DNA from: Thermodesulfovibrionales bacterium
GTDB lineage: Bacteria; Nitrospirota; Thermodesulfovibrionia; Thermodesulfovibrionales; SM23-35
Direction of reading: 5' to 3'
Assembly (NCBI GenBank): GCA_963715195.1
Contig: CAVQRT010000031.1
Location: 128,001-192,000, forward strand
DNA: 64,000 bases
Shown: positions 1-11,047 of the stretch, in pieces
Numbering within the stretch: position 1 is the stretch's first letter
Layout: each line of letters starts with the position of its first letter
Position numbers and translations under genes: made by a program
Notes under the pieces: model-generated
Databases searched by the model: none
What the model was told of the DNA's origin: nothing
Seen by the model: only the letters and a program-made list of their open reading frames with translations

Positions 1-411
1 CGAGCAGGAAGCAACCGCTCTCCGTTATGGAAGGGCGGCGGGACAATCTTCGGACCGCAGCCAAGAGATTATTCATATAAAGTTCCCAAAAAGGTAAAAA
101 GACGCGCTCTAAAGGCAGCCCTCCACGAAAAACTCTCCAGTAATGAAATAATTGTATTGGATTCCATTCCTGTGGAAAAACCAAAAACAAAAGAGATGAT
201 CACAATCCTGAAAAACCTCGGCCTTGATAAAAAAAGCGTGCTGATTGTACTCCCTGAGTACAGCGATTCCGTGGTTCTCTCTGCCAGGAATATCCCTGGT
301 GTTAAAGTGGCGAGAACCATGGATCTCAACACCTATGATGTCATTGCTGCAAACATGCTTCTCATGACCAGGGAAGCATTAACGAGATTAGGGGACATAA
401 AGGAATCATGA
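1..411 (+). CDS. rplD: 50S ribosomal protein L4 (5' truncated by window edge)
   Basis: Frame 1 reads RAGSNRSPLWKGGGTIFGPQPRDY...LSARNIPGV; directly upstream of rplW. Confidence 0.97.
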   Translation, partial: RAGSNRSPLWKGGGTIFGPQPRDYSYKVPKKVKRRALKAALHEKLSSNEIIVLDSIPVEKPKTKEMITILKNLGLDKKSVLIVLPEYSDSVVLSARNIPGVKVARTMDLNTYDVIAANMLLMTREALTRLGDIKES

Positions 412-698
412 AAAATATCTATACAATACTCAAGAGGCCGCTTTTTACGGAAAAAGGGAGCAGCCTGAAAGAAATGCACAACAAGATTCTTGTTGAAGTT
501 GCAAAGAATGCAAACAAGCTTGACATCAAGAAAGCCGTTGAGGACATTTTCAAGGTAAAGGTCGAAAAAATTGCGACGATCAATACAGAGGGCAAATGGA
601 AACGGTATGGCAAGTTTACCGGCAAAAAACCCAACAGGAAGAAAGCAATCATAACTCTTAAGACGGGTGAAAAACTTGAGTTCATTGAAGGTGCATAA
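408..698 (+). CDS. rplW: 50S ribosomal protein L23
   Basis: RPLFTEK...KKAIITL motifs; operon position. Confidence 0.97.
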   Translation: MKNIYTILKRPLFTEKGSSLKEMHNKILVEVAKNANKLDIKKAVEDIFKVKVEKIATINTEGKWKRYGKFTGKKPNRKKAIITLKTGEKLEFIEGA

Positions 699-1516
699 TG
701 GCTATCAAGAAATATAATCCGACATCACCGGGCAGAAGATTTCAGTCGGTTTCCGATTTTGCTGATATTACAACAGATACTCCGCAGAAATCTCTTCTTA
801 AACCTTTGCGAAAGAGCGGCGGGAGAAATAACATTGGACAGGTTACCATCTGGCACAGGGGTGGTGGCAACAGAAGGGCTCTCAGAATCATCGATTTTAA
901 GAGAGACAAGGCGGGAGTGCCTGCTACGGTCAGGACAATAGAATATGATCCGAACCGGTCTGCACGGATAGCTCTCCTGTTTTACCGCGATGGTGAAAAA
1001 AGGTACATTGTTGCACCTGCGGGGCTTCGGGTCGGTGATGAGGTCGTATCGGGGAAAGGTGCGGAAATAAAAATCGGAAATTTTTTACCGCTCAGTGAGA
1101 TGCCTTTGGGAACATTTATACACAACATTGAATTAAGGCCCGGACAGGGGGCAAAGCTTGTCAGAAGTGCAGGGACATCAGCACAACTGATCGCAAAAGA
1201 GGACAGATATGCCCAGGTGAAACTGTCATCGGGTGAAGTGCGGTTTATTTTATCGCAATGCCATGCAACGGTCGGACAGGTCAGCAATCCTGATCACGAA
1301 AATATATCATATGGTAAGGCCGGGCGAATCCGGTGGTCCGGAAGAAGGCCGATTGTGCGAGGTGTCGCAATGAACCCGATAGACCATCCCCTTGGCGGGG
1401 GAGAGGGGAAGGCTTCAGGAGGCCGGCCTTCATGTACACCGTGGGGAAAGCCTGAAGGTATTAAGACAAGACACAACAAGAGAACCGACAGATCAATCAT
1501 AAAGAGGAGGAAATAG
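698..1516 (+). CDS. rplB: 50S ribosomal protein L2
   Basis: [30 protein letters not shown]. Confidence 0.99.
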   Translation: MAIKKYNPTSPGRRFQSVSDFADITTDTPQKSLLKPLRKSGGRNNIGQVTIWHRGGGNRRALRIIDFKRDKAGVPATVRTIEYDPNRSARIALLFYRDGEKRYIVAPAGLRVGDEVVSGKGAEIKIGNFLPLSEMPLGTFIHNIELRPGQGAKLVRSAGTSAQLIAKEDRYAQVKLSSGEVRFILSQCHATVGQVSNPDHENISYGKAGRIRWSGRRPIVRGVAMNPIDHPLGGGEGKASGGRPSCTPWGKPEGIKTRHNKRTDRSIIKRRK

Positions 1517-1517
1517 A

Positions 1518-1802
1518 TTGGCAAGATCCCTCAAAAAAGGCCCGTTTGTTGATGAAAAACTCATGAAAAAAGTGAAGGTTATGGTGGACAGCGGTGAAAA
1601 GAAACTGATCAAAACATGGTCAAGACGGTCTACGATTATTCCCGAATTTATCGGTTATACGTTCGCGGTGCATAACGGGAGAAAATTCATCCCGGTTTAT
1701 GTGACTGAGAATATGGTCGGTCATAAGCTCGGCGAATTTGCACCAACAAGAACCTTTAAGAGCCATGCAGGTGCAGAAAAGGCCGCACCGGCAAAAGGGT
1801 AA
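1518..1802 (+). CDS. rpsS: 30S ribosomal protein S19
   Basis: [25 protein letters not shown] start. Confidence 0.99.
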   Translation: MARSLKKGPFVDEKLMKKVKVMVDSGEKKLIKTWSRRSTIIPEFIGYTFAVHNGRKFIPVYVTENMVGHKLGEFAPTRTFKSHAGAEKAAPAKG

Positions 1803-1815
1803 CGAAGGACTGCTC

Positions 1816-2151
1816 ATGGAATCAAAGGCAATTTTACGATATGCACGGATCACGCCGAGAAAGGCGCGCCGGGTCGTGGACCTTGTGAGATACAAGAATG
1901 CGGGAGATGCACTTATTTTCCTTAGATATATGCCATATCGGGGAGCACGGTTTGTCGAGAAACTTCTGAAGTCTGCCATAGCAAACGCCGAGCAGAAAAA
2001 AGCTGTGAACCCCGAGGAGATGAAGATTACTCAGGCCTTTGTTGATCAGGGGCCTGTTATGAAGCGTGTGGAACCAAGAGCGATGGGAAGGGCGAACATT
2101 ATCAGAAAAAGAAGTTCCCATATAACCCTGGTTTTATCAGAAGAAGGCTAA
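1816..2151 (+). CDS. rplV: 50S ribosomal protein L22
   Basis: [36 protein letters not shown] at 1816 chosen. Confidence 0.98.
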   Translation: MESKAILRYARITPRKARRVVDLVRYKNAGDALIFLRYMPYRGARFVEKLLKSAIANAEQKKAVNPEEMKITQAFVDQGPVMKRVEPRAMGRANIIRKRSSHITLVLSEEG

Positions 2152-2162
2152 GGAGGTACGTT

Positions 2163-2810
2163 TTGGGTCAGAAGACACATCCGATAGGAAACAGGCTCGG
2201 GATTATCAAGACCTGGGATTCGAGATGGTTTGCCACGAAGGGCTATCGTGATTCGCTGCTGGAAGACTTAACGATAAGAAAAACCCTGAAGGAAAGGCTT
2301 TTTCATGCCGGAGTTCCCAAAATAGAGATAGAGAGGGCCGGTCAGAATATGAGAATCATCATTTATACTGCGCGGCCCGGAATCATAATCGGGAAAAAAG
2401 GGGCTGAGGTAGAAAAACTGAGAAAAGACCTGAAGGATATGACCAATAAGGAAGTTGCTATTGATATCAAGGAAATCAGAAAACCCGAGGTGGATGCGCA
2501 GCTTGTGGCCGAAAATGTAGCCCTTCAGCTTGAAAAGCGGGTTGCTTTCAGGAGGGCAATGAAAAAATCTGTGGCTTCTGCTCTCCGGTTCGGTACCCTG
2601 GGGGTCAAGATATCCTGCTCAGGGAGGCTTGCAGGAGCCGAAATAGCCCGATCTGAATGGTACAGGGAAGGAAGAGTTCCGCTCCATACCTTCAGGGCTG
2701 ATATCAACTATGGATTTGCCAAAGCAAAAACCACCTATGGAATTATCGGTGTGAAGGTCTGGATGTATCATGGTGATATTCTCCCGGAAGGCAGACCCAA
2801 GGAAATATAG
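2163..2810 (+). CDS. rpsC: 30S ribosomal protein S3
   Basis: [25 protein letters not shown]. Confidence 0.99.
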   Translation: MGQKTHPIGNRLGIIKTWDSRWFATKGYRDSLLEDLTIRKTLKERLFHAGVPKIEIERAGQNMRIIIYTARPGIIIGKKGAEVEKLRKDLKDMTNKEVAIDIKEIRKPEVDAQLVAENVALQLEKRVAFRRAMKKSVASALRFGTLGVKISCSGRLAGAEIARSEWYREGRVPLHTFRADINYGFAKAKTTYGIIGVKVWMYHGDILPEGRPKEI

Positions 2811-2818
2811 GTGATACC

Positions 2819-3238
2819 ATGTTAATGCCCAAGAAGGTCAAATTCAGAAAGATGCAGAAGGGGAGGATGAACGGAAAGGCATATAGCGGCTCAACCGTAT
2901 CGTTTGGGGAATTTGGGTTGAGGGCTCTTGAGCCGGGCTGGGTTTCGAGCCAGCAGATTGAGGCGGCAAGGATTGCGATTACCCGTCATGCCAAGAGGGG
3001 CTGTAAGCTGTGGATCAGAATTTTCCCGGATAAACCGATAACCAAAAAACCCGCGGAAACGAGAATGGGAAAGGGTAAGGGTGCACCTGAATACTGGGTA
3101 GCTGTTGTCAAGCCTGGAAGGATAATCTACGAAATGTCAGGAGTGACGGAAGCGTTAGCCAAAGAGGCAATGCGTCTTGCTTCTCACAAATTGCCGATAG
3201 CCACAAAATTTACAAAACGCGATGAGGAGGTTCTGTGA
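2819..3238 (+). CDS. rplP: 50S ribosomal protein L16
   Basis: [20 protein letters not shown]. Confidence 0.99.
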   Translation: MLMPKKVKFRKMQKGRMNGKAYSGSTVSFGEFGLRALEPGWVSSQQIEAARIAITRHAKRGCKLWIRIFPDKPITKKPAETRMGKGKGAPEYWVAVVKPGRIIYEMSGVTEALAKEAMRLASHKLPIATKFTKRDEEVL

Positions 3239-3438
3239 AACCATCCGATTTCAGATCGCTGACGGTTGATGAATTGCAACAGAGGGAATATGACCTGAGG
3301 AAGGAACTTTTCAATCTCAGGTTTCAGCTGGCTACCGGGGAGATAGAGAACCCGATGCGCATAAGAACTGTCAGGAAAAATATTGCGCGGGTACTAACTA
3401 TTAAGAGTGAAAAGTTAAGAGTGAAGAGTGAAAAATGA
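3235..3438 (+). CDS. rpmC: 50S ribosomal protein L29
   Basis: [21 protein letters not shown]. Confidence 0.97.
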   Translation: MKPSDFRSLTVDELQQREYDLRKELFNLRFQLATGEIENPMRIRTVRKNIARVLTIKSEKLRVKSEK

Positions 3439-3444
3439 AAAGTT
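3403..3444. repeat. Tandem heptamer array (AAGAGTG-like x6) overlapping the rpmC 3' end
   Basis: aagagtg aaaagtt aagagtg aagagtg aaaaatg aaaagtt. Confidence 0.7.
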
Positions 3445-3487
3445 TTTCCGAAGGTTCTGTAACGTCTAACTGTCAGGAGAGGGAGAA

Positions 3488-3715
3488 GTGTTGAAAAAGG
3501 TTTACGCAGGAACAGTAGTAAGCAATAAGATGGATAAAACAGTTGTTGTTGCAGTTACTCGGCTCTTTCAGCATCCTGTATACAAGAAAACCGTCAAACG
3601 GGTAACAAAGTTCAAGGCACATGATGAGAAGAACACGTGTCAGATTGGTGACATCGTAAAGATTATCGAGACGAGACCTCTGAGCAAAGAGAAACGGTGG
3701 TTGGTAATAGAATAG
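3488..3715 (+). CDS. rpsQ: 30S ribosomal protein S17
   Basis: [23 protein letters not shown]. Confidence 0.98.
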   Translation: MLKKVYAGTVVSNKMDKTVVVAVTRLFQHPVYKKTVKRVTKFKAHDEKNTCQIGDIVKIIETRPLSKEKRWLVIE

Positions 3716-3737
3716 TGTTCGAACGGAGTGATAAGAG

Positions 3738-4106
3738 ATGATTCAGTTGCGGAGTATGCTTGAGGTAGCAGATAATTCAGGCGCTAAAAAAGTACAGTGT
3801 ATAAAGGTTCTCGGGGGGTTTCACAAAAGATATGCGAGACTCGGTGATGTGGTCGTCGTCAGCGTCAAAGAAGCCTTGCCAGAGAGCAATATCAAAAAGG
3901 GATCAGTCGCAAAGGCCGTTGTAGTCCGGACGAGGAAAGAGCAGCGGAGAACTGACGGTTCCTATATCCGCTTCGACCAGAATGCCGTTGTGCTCATTAA
4001 TCCTCAGGGTGAACCGGTAGGGACCAGGATATTTGGTCCGGTAGCGAGGGAGCTCCGGTGGAAGGAGTTTACAAAAATAATTTCCCTGGCTCCGGAGGTT
4101 TTATAG
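3738..4106 (+). CDS. rplN: 50S ribosomal protein L14
   Basis: [27 protein letters not shown]. Confidence 0.99.
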   Translation: MIQLRSMLEVADNSGAKKVQCIKVLGGFHKRYARLGDVVVVSVKEALPESNIKKGSVAKAVVVRTRKEQRRTDGSYIRFDQNAVVLINPQGEPVGTRIFGPVARELRWKEFTKIISLAPEVL

Positions 4107-4113
4107 GAGAATT

Positions 4114-4434
4114 ATGGGCTTGCAGATAAAGAAAAATGATTCTATTTTAGTCATCAGCGGCAAGGAAAAAGGAAAAAGAGGAAGGGTGCTTTCAGTATCC
4201 CCCTCCAAGGACAGTCTCCTCGTGGAAAAAATCAATATGATCAAGCGACACATGAAGCCTTCCAGGAAGTATGCGCAGGGAGGCATTATTGAAAAGGAAG
4301 CACCTGTCCATATATCCAATGTTATGATGATTTGCCCGAAATGCAATAAACCGACGCGGATCGGAGGGATGTCTTTGCAGAGCGGCAAGAAAGTGCGTGT
4401 CTGCAAAAAATGCAGGGAGGTTATGGACCAGTAA
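4114..4434 (+). CDS. rplX: 50S ribosomal protein L24
   Basis: KOW motif, [11 protein letters not shown]. Confidence 0.98.
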   Translation: MGLQIKKNDSILVISGKEKGKRGRVLSVSPSKDSLLVEKINMIKRHMKPSRKYAQGGIIEKEAPVHISNVMMICPKCNKPTRIGGMSLQSGKKVRVCKKCREVMDQ

Positions 4435-4976
4435 TGATTCCCAGGCTGAAAGAAAAATATCTCAAGGAAGTTGTTCCCAATATGATGAAGGAGTTTTCTT
4501 ATAAGAATATTATGGAAGTCCCTAGGATTGAGAAAATCGTTCTGAATGTCGGACTTGGAGAGGCTATCCAGAATATCAAGTTGCTCGATGCGGCACAAAA
4601 AGAGCTTTCACTGATTACCGGTCAGAAGGCTGTTGTTACCAAAGCAAAAAAATCGATTGCTGCTTTTAAATTGCGGAAAGGAAATCCGATTGGTTGCAAG
4701 GTGACGCTTAGAGGAAAAATGATGTACGAGTTTCTCGACAGATTCATCAGTCTATCCCTCCCTCGGATTAGGGATTTTAGGGGTATTTCAGGAAAATCAT
4801 TCGACGGAAGGGGAAACTATTCTCTCGGTCTCAAGGAGCAGTTCATCTTCCCTGAGATAGATTATGATAAAGTCGAGATGGTTCACGGGCTTGATGTCGT
4901 CTTCTGCACTACGGCGAAGACGGATCAGGAAAGCAAAGCCCTTTTGCGCCATTTTGGAATGCCGTTCAGGAATTAA
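4434..4976 (+). CDS. rplE: 50S ribosomal protein L5
   Basis: [28 protein letters not shown] overlapping rplX stop. Confidence 0.98.
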   Translation: MIPRLKEKYLKEVVPNMMKEFSYKNIMEVPRIEKIVLNVGLGEAIQNIKLLDAAQKELSLITGQKAVVTKAKKSIAAFKLRKGNPIGCKVTLRGKMMYEFLDRFISLSLPRIRDFRGISGKSFDGRGNYSLGLKEQFIFPEIDYDKVEMVHGLDVVFCTTAKTDQESKALLRHFGMPFRN

Positions 4977-4983
4977 GGGAATT

Positions 4984-5062
4984 TTTGTTGTTGGTTATTT
5001 TGTCTTTTGCTCTGTAAGAAACGACAACTGATTACTGAAAACCAACAACTGACAACGAATAA
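4984..5062. repeat. Degenerate heptamer array (CTGACAA-like) with complementary left arm in the rplE-rpsZ spacer
   Basis: acgacaa ctgatta ctgaaaa ccaacaa ctgacaa cgaataa at 5021-5062; ttgttgg at 4988 complements ccaacaa. Confidence 0.55.
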
Positions 5063-5079
5063 AACAAACGGAGTGGCAC

Positions 5080-5265
5080 ATGGCAAAAAGTTGCTTGATA
5101 GAAAAAAACAAAAGGCCGCCGAAGTTTAAGGTACGGGCCTATCACCGGTGCAAGTTATGTGGAAGACCGAGGGCGTATATCCGCAAATATGGCATATGCA
5201 GGATTTGTTTCCGGACTCTGGCACTTGAGGGTCAGATACCAGGTGTGGTAAAGGCAAGCTGGTGA
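5080..5265 (+). CDS. rpsZ: 30S ribosomal protein S14 type Z (zinc-binding)
   Basis: 61 aa, CxxC-x12-CxxC (CKLC...CRIC). Confidence 0.97.
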   Translation: MAKSCLIEKNKRPPKFKVRAYHRCKLCGRPRAYIRKYGICRICFRTLALEGQIPGVVKASW

Positions 5266-5289
5266 GAAGGTCCCGAATGGAGGTAATGA

Positions 5290-5682
5290 ATGCTGACTGA
5301 TCCAATTGCTGACATGTTAACGAGAATACGGAATGCTATGCGTATCAAATCTGATAAGGTCGATATCCCTATTTCCAAAATGAAGCTCGAGATAGCGAAA
5401 ATCATGAAGGAAGAAGGATTCATAAGGGCCTATAAAATATTGAAAGACAGAAAACAGGGTATTTTGCGGGTTATCCCCAAATATGTTGATGATCAGAGTC
5501 TCATTACGGGATTGAAAAGGGTGAGCAGGCCGGGCCGGAGATTTTACGTTCATAAAGATGAAATACCAAAAGTTATGGGCGGACTCGGAATCGCTATTCT
5601 GACAACATCCAAAGGCATTATGAGCGATAAGACTTGCCGGCGGGAGGGTGTTGGCGGGGAAGTCATCTGCTACGTGTGGTAA
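5290..5682 (+). CDS. rpsH: 30S ribosomal protein S8
   Basis: [22 protein letters not shown]. Confidence 0.99.
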   Translation: MLTDPIADMLTRIRNAMRIKSDKVDIPISKMKLEIAKIMKEEGFIRAYKILKDRKQGILRVIPKYVDDQSLITGLKRVSRPGRRFYVHKDEIPKVMGGLGIAILTTSKGIMSDKTCRREGVGGEVICYVW

Positions 5683-5697
5683 AGGAACGGAGAGAGC

Positions 5698-6240
5698 ATG
5701 TCACGAATCGGCAAAAAACCAATAGAGATACCTGAAAACGTTGCTGTTCATATCCAGGGGAGTACCATACAGATTAAGGGTCCCAAAGGGGAATTGAGCT
5801 GGTCCTGCCCCGAGAAGATTACGGTATCAGTCAACGGCGGAGTCATAGCTGTTGAGAGGGCAGGTGACAGCAAGAGTGAGCGCGCACTCCACGGACTCAC
5901 AAGGAGTATCATAACTAATATGGTTAAGGGGGTTTCCCAGGGGTATAAGAAAGTTCTTGATATCGTTGGCATCGGTTACAAGGCGCAGGTCTCCGGAGAT
6001 AAGATTATGCTTTCCCTGGGGTATTCCCATCCGATCGAGTTCCAGTTGCCGCCGGGTATTACGGCGTCGTCTGACCAGAAACAGGTTCAGATTACCCTGA
6101 CCGGTATTGATAAACAGCAGATCGGACAGGTTGCTGCGAGTCTCAACGCACTGCGACCCCCTGATGCTTATAAAGGCAAGGGGGTTAGATACTCGGGACA
6201 AAGGCTAAAATTGAAGGTCGGAAAGGCCGGTAAGAAATAA
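5698..6240 (+). CDS. rplF: 50S ribosomal protein L6
   Basis: MSRIGKKPI, RPPDAYKGKGVRY. Confidence 0.99.
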   Translation: MSRIGKKPIEIPENVAVHIQGSTIQIKGPKGELSWSCPEKITVSVNGGVIAVERAGDSKSERALHGLTRSIITNMVKGVSQGYKKVLDIVGIGYKAQVSGDKIMLSLGYSHPIEFQLPPGITASSDQKQVQITLTGIDKQQIGQVAASLNALRPPDAYKGKGVRYSGQRLKLKVGKAGKK

Positions 6241-6334
6241 ATAGGGTAATCACGTGCATTGTGCCCGTACCTGAAATATTCAACAGGACAGAAACGGGAC
6301 CTATAGGTACCTATAACAAGGGGCGGAGGTTGTT

Positions 6335-6697
6335 TTGACTGAGAGCAGGAAAGAAGAAAGAGCAAGAAGGCATATCAGGATACGGAAAAAAGTTTCCGGG
6401 ACGCCTGAAAGATTGCGGCTGTCAGTTTATCGGAGTTTAAATCACATATATGCTCAGCTTATTGACGACTCGAAGGGATATACGGTCGTTGCGGCGTCAA
6501 CCCGTGACAAGGAATTGCAAACGGGAAAATCGCACAAGGGAAATGTCCAGGCAGCGAAGCAGGTGGGTGCTCTCATCGCAAAAAGGGCGCTGGACAAGGG
6601 TATAAAAAAAGTTGTCTTTGACAGAAGCGGATATCTGTATCATGGTGCTGTGAAAGCTCTGGCCGAAGCTACGAGAGAAGCCGGACTTGAATTCTGA
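6335..6697 (+). CDS. rplR: 50S ribosomal protein L18
   Basis: [29 protein letters not shown]. Confidence 0.98.
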   Translation: MTESRKEERARRHIRIRKKVSGTPERLRLSVYRSLNHIYAQLIDDSKGYTVVAASTRDKELQTGKSHKGNVQAAKQVGALIAKRALDKGIKKVVFDRSGYLYHGAVKALAEATREAGLEF

Positions 6698-6779
6698 TGC
6701 GGTTTTCGTATCCGATCTTCAGATGCCTGCAACAAATCCGTGATAACGAAGCGGAATACTTAATTTATATGGAGGGTTT

Positions 6780-7289
6780 GTGGAGAAGATTGATTCGGAA
6801 GGCCTGAATTTACGAGATAAGGTCGTCTATATCAACAGAGTCGCCAAAGTCGTAAAAGGCGGGAGACGTTTTTCCTTTACCGCACTTGTTGTCGTGGGGG
6901 ATGGGGACGGAACTGTTGGTGTGGGAAAGGGAAAGGCATCGGAAGTTCCCGAGGCGATACGAAAGGCGGTGGAACAGGCAAAGAAATCCCTTGTCAGGTT
7001 TCCGATAAAAGATGGGACATTGCCCCACCGGATTATCGGCAGATTTGGCTCCGGGACCGTCGTGATAAATCCTGCGGTCAAGGGCACCGGTATCATAGCC
7101 GGAGGTGCTGTCAGGGCTATTCTTGAGGTCGGTGGTGTTCAGAATGTTGTTGCAAAATCACTTCGCAGTCATAACCCTTTTAATTCTGTCAAAGCGACAT
7201 TGCATGGACTTATGAGTCTTAAGAATCCTGACGCGGTTATGAAGCTGAGAGGGAAAACCGAGGAAGAGACACAACAGGAGGTTTCATGA
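6780..7289 (+). CDS. rpsE: 30S ribosomal protein S5
   Basis: [23 protein letters not shown]. Confidence 0.99.
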   Translation: MEKIDSEGLNLRDKVVYINRVAKVVKGGRRFSFTALVVVGDGDGTVGVGKGKASEVPEAIRKAVEQAKKSLVRFPIKDGTLPHRIIGRFGSGTVVINPAVKGTGIIAGGAVRAILEVGGVQNVVAKSLRSHNPFNSVKATLHGLMSLKNPDAVMKLRGKTEEETQQEVS

Positions 7290-7726
7290 AGCTGCACGAA
7301 TTAAAACCTGATGCCGGAAGCAAAAAAAAGCCCAAGAGAGTTGGCAGAGGCATTGGTTCCGGTCACGGGAAAACTTCATGCAAGGGCCATAAAGGACAGA
7401 AAGCCCGTTCGGGAGGACCCAAAGGGCCCGCGTTTGAAGGCGGCCAGATGCCGCTCCAGCGAAGGATTCCCAAGAGAGGGTTCAAGAACCGCTTTGCTCT
7501 CGAGTTTGCAATTCTCAATCTCAAGGATATCGACGCCCTTGAAGGCATGGACGTGATCACCCCTGAAGCGCTTCTTAAAAAAGGCATTATCAAAGATGTA
7601 AAATGCGGACTCAAAATCCTTGGTGAAGGTGACATACAAAGACCGGTTACGATCAGGGCAGACGCTTTTAGTGCTTCTGCATTAGCCAAGATAGCCGCTG
7701 CGGGTGGCAAAGCAGAGGTAATCTGA
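7286..7726 (+). CDS. rplO: 50S ribosomal protein L15
   Basis: [30 protein letters not shown]. Confidence 0.99.
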   Translation: MKLHELKPDAGSKKKPKRVGRGIGSGHGKTSCKGHKGQKARSGGPKGPAFEGGQMPLQRRIPKRGFKNRFALEFAILNLKDIDALEGMDVITPEALLKKGIIKDVKCGLKILGEGDIQRPVTIRADAFSASALAKIAAAGGKAEVI

Positions 7727-7729
7727 CCC

Positions 7730-9036
7730 TTGGGCATTCTATCAAGCTTCCAGAATATCTTCAAAATAGCGGAACTTAAAAAAAGAGTATTATTCACCCT
7801 TGTCCTTCTCGCTGTCTACAGGATAGGAGCTCATATCCCGACTCCCGGAATTAATGGAGAGGAACTGAGCAGATTCCTGACTGAGAAAGCCGGAGCACTC
7901 ATGGGATTTTTTCGATATGTTCTCCGGCGGTGCTCTCTCCAGGGTGACTATTTTTGCGCTTGGTATCATGCCTTATATCAGTGCATCGATTATTTTCCAG
8001 CTCCTGACTGTTGTTATTCCTGCCATCGGCAAACTTGCAAAAGAAGGTGAGGCGGGAAGAAAGAAGATTACCGGTATACACGATATGCGACCGTTGTTAA
8101 TCAGTGCGTATTCAGTCGTTTGGTATTGCAGCTGGCCTTGAAAGCATGTCAGGAGGTGCATTTGTGCAGAATCCAGGATGGTCATTCAGATTGCTGACCA
8201 TGATTACCCTGACTTCAGGGACGGCTTTCATGATGTGGCTTGGTGAGCAGATTACCGAAAGAGGAATCGGAAACGGTATCTCGCTGATTATCTTTGCCGG
8301 AATTGTTGCGCGGTTTCCCAATGCAATAATCAGCACCAGCCGACTCTTGCAGGCAGGAGAGCTTTCAATCTTTTTTGTTATCTTCCTGGTTATTATGATG
8401 GTGGCTATAATTGCTGGGATTATCTTCATGGAGAGGGGGCAGAGAAAGATTCCTGTGCAATATGCCAAAAGGGTTGTTGGCCGCAAGGTTTACGGTGGCC
8501 AATCGACACACCTCCCATTAAAAATCAATACCTCAGGTGTAATACCCCCGATATTTGCCTCATCAATCATTATGTTTCCCGCAACCGTAGCCGGTTTTAT
8601 TGCAGTTCCATGGGTTCAGGCATTCGCGAGACAACTTTCACCAGGGACGGTGCTCTATACAACTCTCTATGTCGGCATGATTTTCTTTTTTGCCTACTTT
8701 TATACAGCAATTATTTTCAATCCTGTTGACATCGCGGATAATCTTAAGAAATATGGCGGATATATTCCTGGTATCAGACCGGGGCAGAAGACTTCAGAGT
8801 ATATCTACAGGGTTTTGTCCCGGCTGACATTTGTGGGAGCCCTTTATCTTGGAGCGGTCTGCATTATCCCGGAAATCCTTATACAGAGGTTTAATGTGCC
8901 ATTCTATTTCGGCGGAACATCTCTCCTTATCGCAGTGGGTGTTGCCCTTGATACGGTCTCGCAGATCGAGTCTCATTTGGTCACCCGTTCATATGAGGGA
9001 TTTCTCAAAAAGGGAAGGATCAGGGGAAGAAAGTAA
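7730..9036 (+). CDS. secY: Preprotein translocase subunit SecY, split by frameshifts in this sequence (probably sequencing errors)
   Basis: Fragments in three frames join to a full SecY ([54 protein letters not shown]); apparent indels near 7907-7912, 8072, 8099 and 8109. Confidence 0.93.
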
Positions 9037-9084
9037 GGCGTAGAATCCACGGTGCTGAACGAGTGGAACTGAACGTGTGGTGCA

Positions 9085-9843
9085 ATGATTATATTGAAGT
9101 CTGCGGAGGAGATAGAAAAAATTGCTCAGTCATGTCTTATCGTTGCAAAGGCACTTGATTCTTTGAGGAATATGGTCATCCCCGGTGTCGCAACAAAAAC
9201 TTTGGAGCAGTTTGCCGACACGTATATCCGGTCGAATAACGCCGTTCCGGCTTTTAAGGGATACCGCGGTTACCCCGCCAGTATCTGCACATCGGTCAAC
9301 AATGAGGTTATTCACGGCATCCCCTCAGACAGGGTCCTCGAGGAAGGTGATATCATCGGAATTGATCTCGGTGTGTATAAAGACGGTTTTTACGGCGATG
9401 CAGCCTGCACATTTGGTGTCGGGCAGATAACCCCGGAGGCAGAAAAGCTTTTGAGGGTTACGGAAGAATCGCTGTACCTCGGGATAGAGAATGCAAAAAA
9501 AGCTCACAGAGTCTCAGATATTTCATGCGCCATTCAGGAGCATATTGAATCTAACGGATTCTCTGTGGTAAAGGCATTTGTCGGGCACGGGATAGGCCGG
9601 TCACTTCATGAGGATCCGCAAGTGCCGAATTTCGGTCAGCGTGGGCTCGGGCCAAGACTCAGTCCGGGCATGACAATAGCTATAGAGCCGATGGTTAACA
9701 CCGGTGGATATGAGGTTGTGGTTCTTGAGGATGGCTGGACTGCTGTAACATTGGACGGAACACTGTCTGCTCATTTTGAACATACAATCCTTGTGACGGA
9801 AGATCAGCCGAGAATATTGACTAAAATCGACGAAAAAGAATAA
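9085..9843 (+). CDS. map: Methionine aminopeptidase type I
   Basis: SVNNEVIHGIP, GHGIG..LHEDP, AIEPM, SAHFEHT. Confidence 0.98.
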   Translation: MIILKSAEEIEKIAQSCLIVAKALDSLRNMVIPGVATKTLEQFADTYIRSNNAVPAFKGYRGYPASICTSVNNEVIHGIPSDRVLEEGDIIGIDLGVYKDGFYGDAACTFGVGQITPEAEKLLRVTEESLYLGIENAKKAHRVSDISCAIQEHIESNGFSVVKAFVGHGIGRSLHEDPQVPNFGQRGLGPRLSPGMTIAIEPMVNTGGYEVVVLEDGWTAVTLDGTLSAHFEHTILVTEDQPRILTKIDEKE

Positions 9844-9855
9844 ACTATTCAGCTA

Positions 9856-10074
9856 ATGCCAAAAGAAGACAGCATAGAAGTGGAAGGGAAAATCATTGAA
9901 CCCCTCCCGAACGCAATGTTCAAGGTTGAGCTTGAAAATGGGCAGATAGTCCTCGCATATGTTTCGGGAAAAATGAGGATGCACTTTATCAAGATTCTTC
10001 CTGGTGATAGGGTAACGGTGGAACTTTCTCCTTACGACCTTACCAAGGGAAGAATTACGTATAGATTTAAATAG
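9856..10074 (+). CDS. infA: Translation initiation factor IF-1
   Basis: [26 protein letters not shown]. Confidence 0.99.
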   Translation: MPKEDSIEVEGKIIEPLPNAMFKVELENGQIVLAYVSGKMRMHFIKILPGDRVTVELSPYDLTKGRITYRFK

Positions 10075-10118
10075 CGCTGCAAAAACGATATGTTGCCAGT
10101 GGAAAGAGAGAGAGCATC

Positions 10119-10232
10119 ATGAAAGTTCGTTCTTCAGTCAGGCCGATCTGTGCGAAATGCAAGATCGTAAAAAGAAAGGGTATTATCCGGGTTATCTGTG
10201 AGAACCCGCGACATAAGCAGAAACAGGGATAG
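10119..10232 (+). CDS. rpmJ: 50S ribosomal protein L36 (not in ORF track)
   Basis: Manual translation [37 protein letters not shown]; between infA and rpsM. Confidence 0.98.
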   Translation: MKVRSSVRPICAKCKIVKRKGIIRVICENPRHKQKQG

Positions 10233-10280
10233 GGAAGCAGGGACATGTCAAGAATTCTGAAGACTCCAAGGGGGTAAAAG

Positions 10281-10655
10281 GTGGCGAGAATTGCCGGAGT
10301 AGATTTGCCGAAAAATGAGCGTGTCGAAATCGGCTTAACAAGAATTTTCGGCATTGGAAGGACTCTGTCACAGAAGATTTTATCTGAGACGAATATCAAT
10401 CCCAATACACGGGTCAAGGACCTGACGAATGAGGAGATAGTAAAAATCAGGAGCGTGTTAGAACGGGATTACAGGGTTGAGGGCGATCTCAGGCGCGACA
10501 TATCTATGGGCATCAAGAGGCTGGTAGATATCGGAAGTTACCGGGGGACGAGACACCGTTTTGGTCTGCCTGTAAGAGGTCAGAGGACAAAAACCAATGC
10601 GCGGACGCGGAAAGGTCCGAGAAAAGCTGTGATGGGTAAAAGGAAAGAGGCGTAA
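10281..10655 (+). CDS. rpsM: 30S ribosomal protein S13
   Basis: [26 protein letters not shown]. Confidence 0.99.
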   Translation: MARIAGVDLPKNERVEIGLTRIFGIGRTLSQKILSETNINPNTRVKDLTNEEIVKIRSVLERDYRVEGDLRRDISMGIKRLVDIGSYRGTRHRFGLPVRGQRTKTNARTRKGPRKAVMGKRKEA

Positions 10656-10658
10656 AGC

Positions 10659-11045
10659 ATGGCTCAGAGAAAAAAAGGCGTCAAGAGAGAAAAGAAGAAT
10701 ATCCCATACGGAGCAGCACATATCCAGGCTACGTTCAACAATACCATCATTACCATTACCGATCCGAACGGCGGCGTGATTACCTGGGCGAGTGCAGGCA
10801 ATTTGGGATTTAAAGGTTCGCGGAAAAGTACCCCGTACGCTGCACAGATGGCAGCAGCAGCGGCAGCAAAAAAAGCTATCGATTTCGGGATGAAACAGGT
10901 TGATATTTATGTGAGAGGACCGGGTGCAGGGAGAGAATCCGCGATACGGGCCCTCCAGGCTACCGGCCTTGAGATTAATCTCATCAAAGATGTGACTCCT
11001 GTCCCTCATAACGGCTGCAGGCCCCCGAAAAGGAGGAGGGTGTAA
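10659..11045 (+). CDS. rpsK: 30S ribosomal protein S11
   Basis: [31 protein letters not shown]. Confidence 0.99.
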   Translation: MAQRKKGVKREKKNIPYGAAHIQATFNNTIITITDPNGGVITWASAGNLGFKGSRKSTPYAAQMAAAAAAKKAIDFGMKQVDIYVRGPGAGRESAIRALQATGLEINLIKDVTPVPHNGCRPPKRRRV

Positions 11046-11047
11046 CC

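Noticed and set aside
7901..8112. Programmed frameshifting in secY
   Set aside because: Four indels of mixed sign within about 200 nt fit consensus errors better than a recoding signal.
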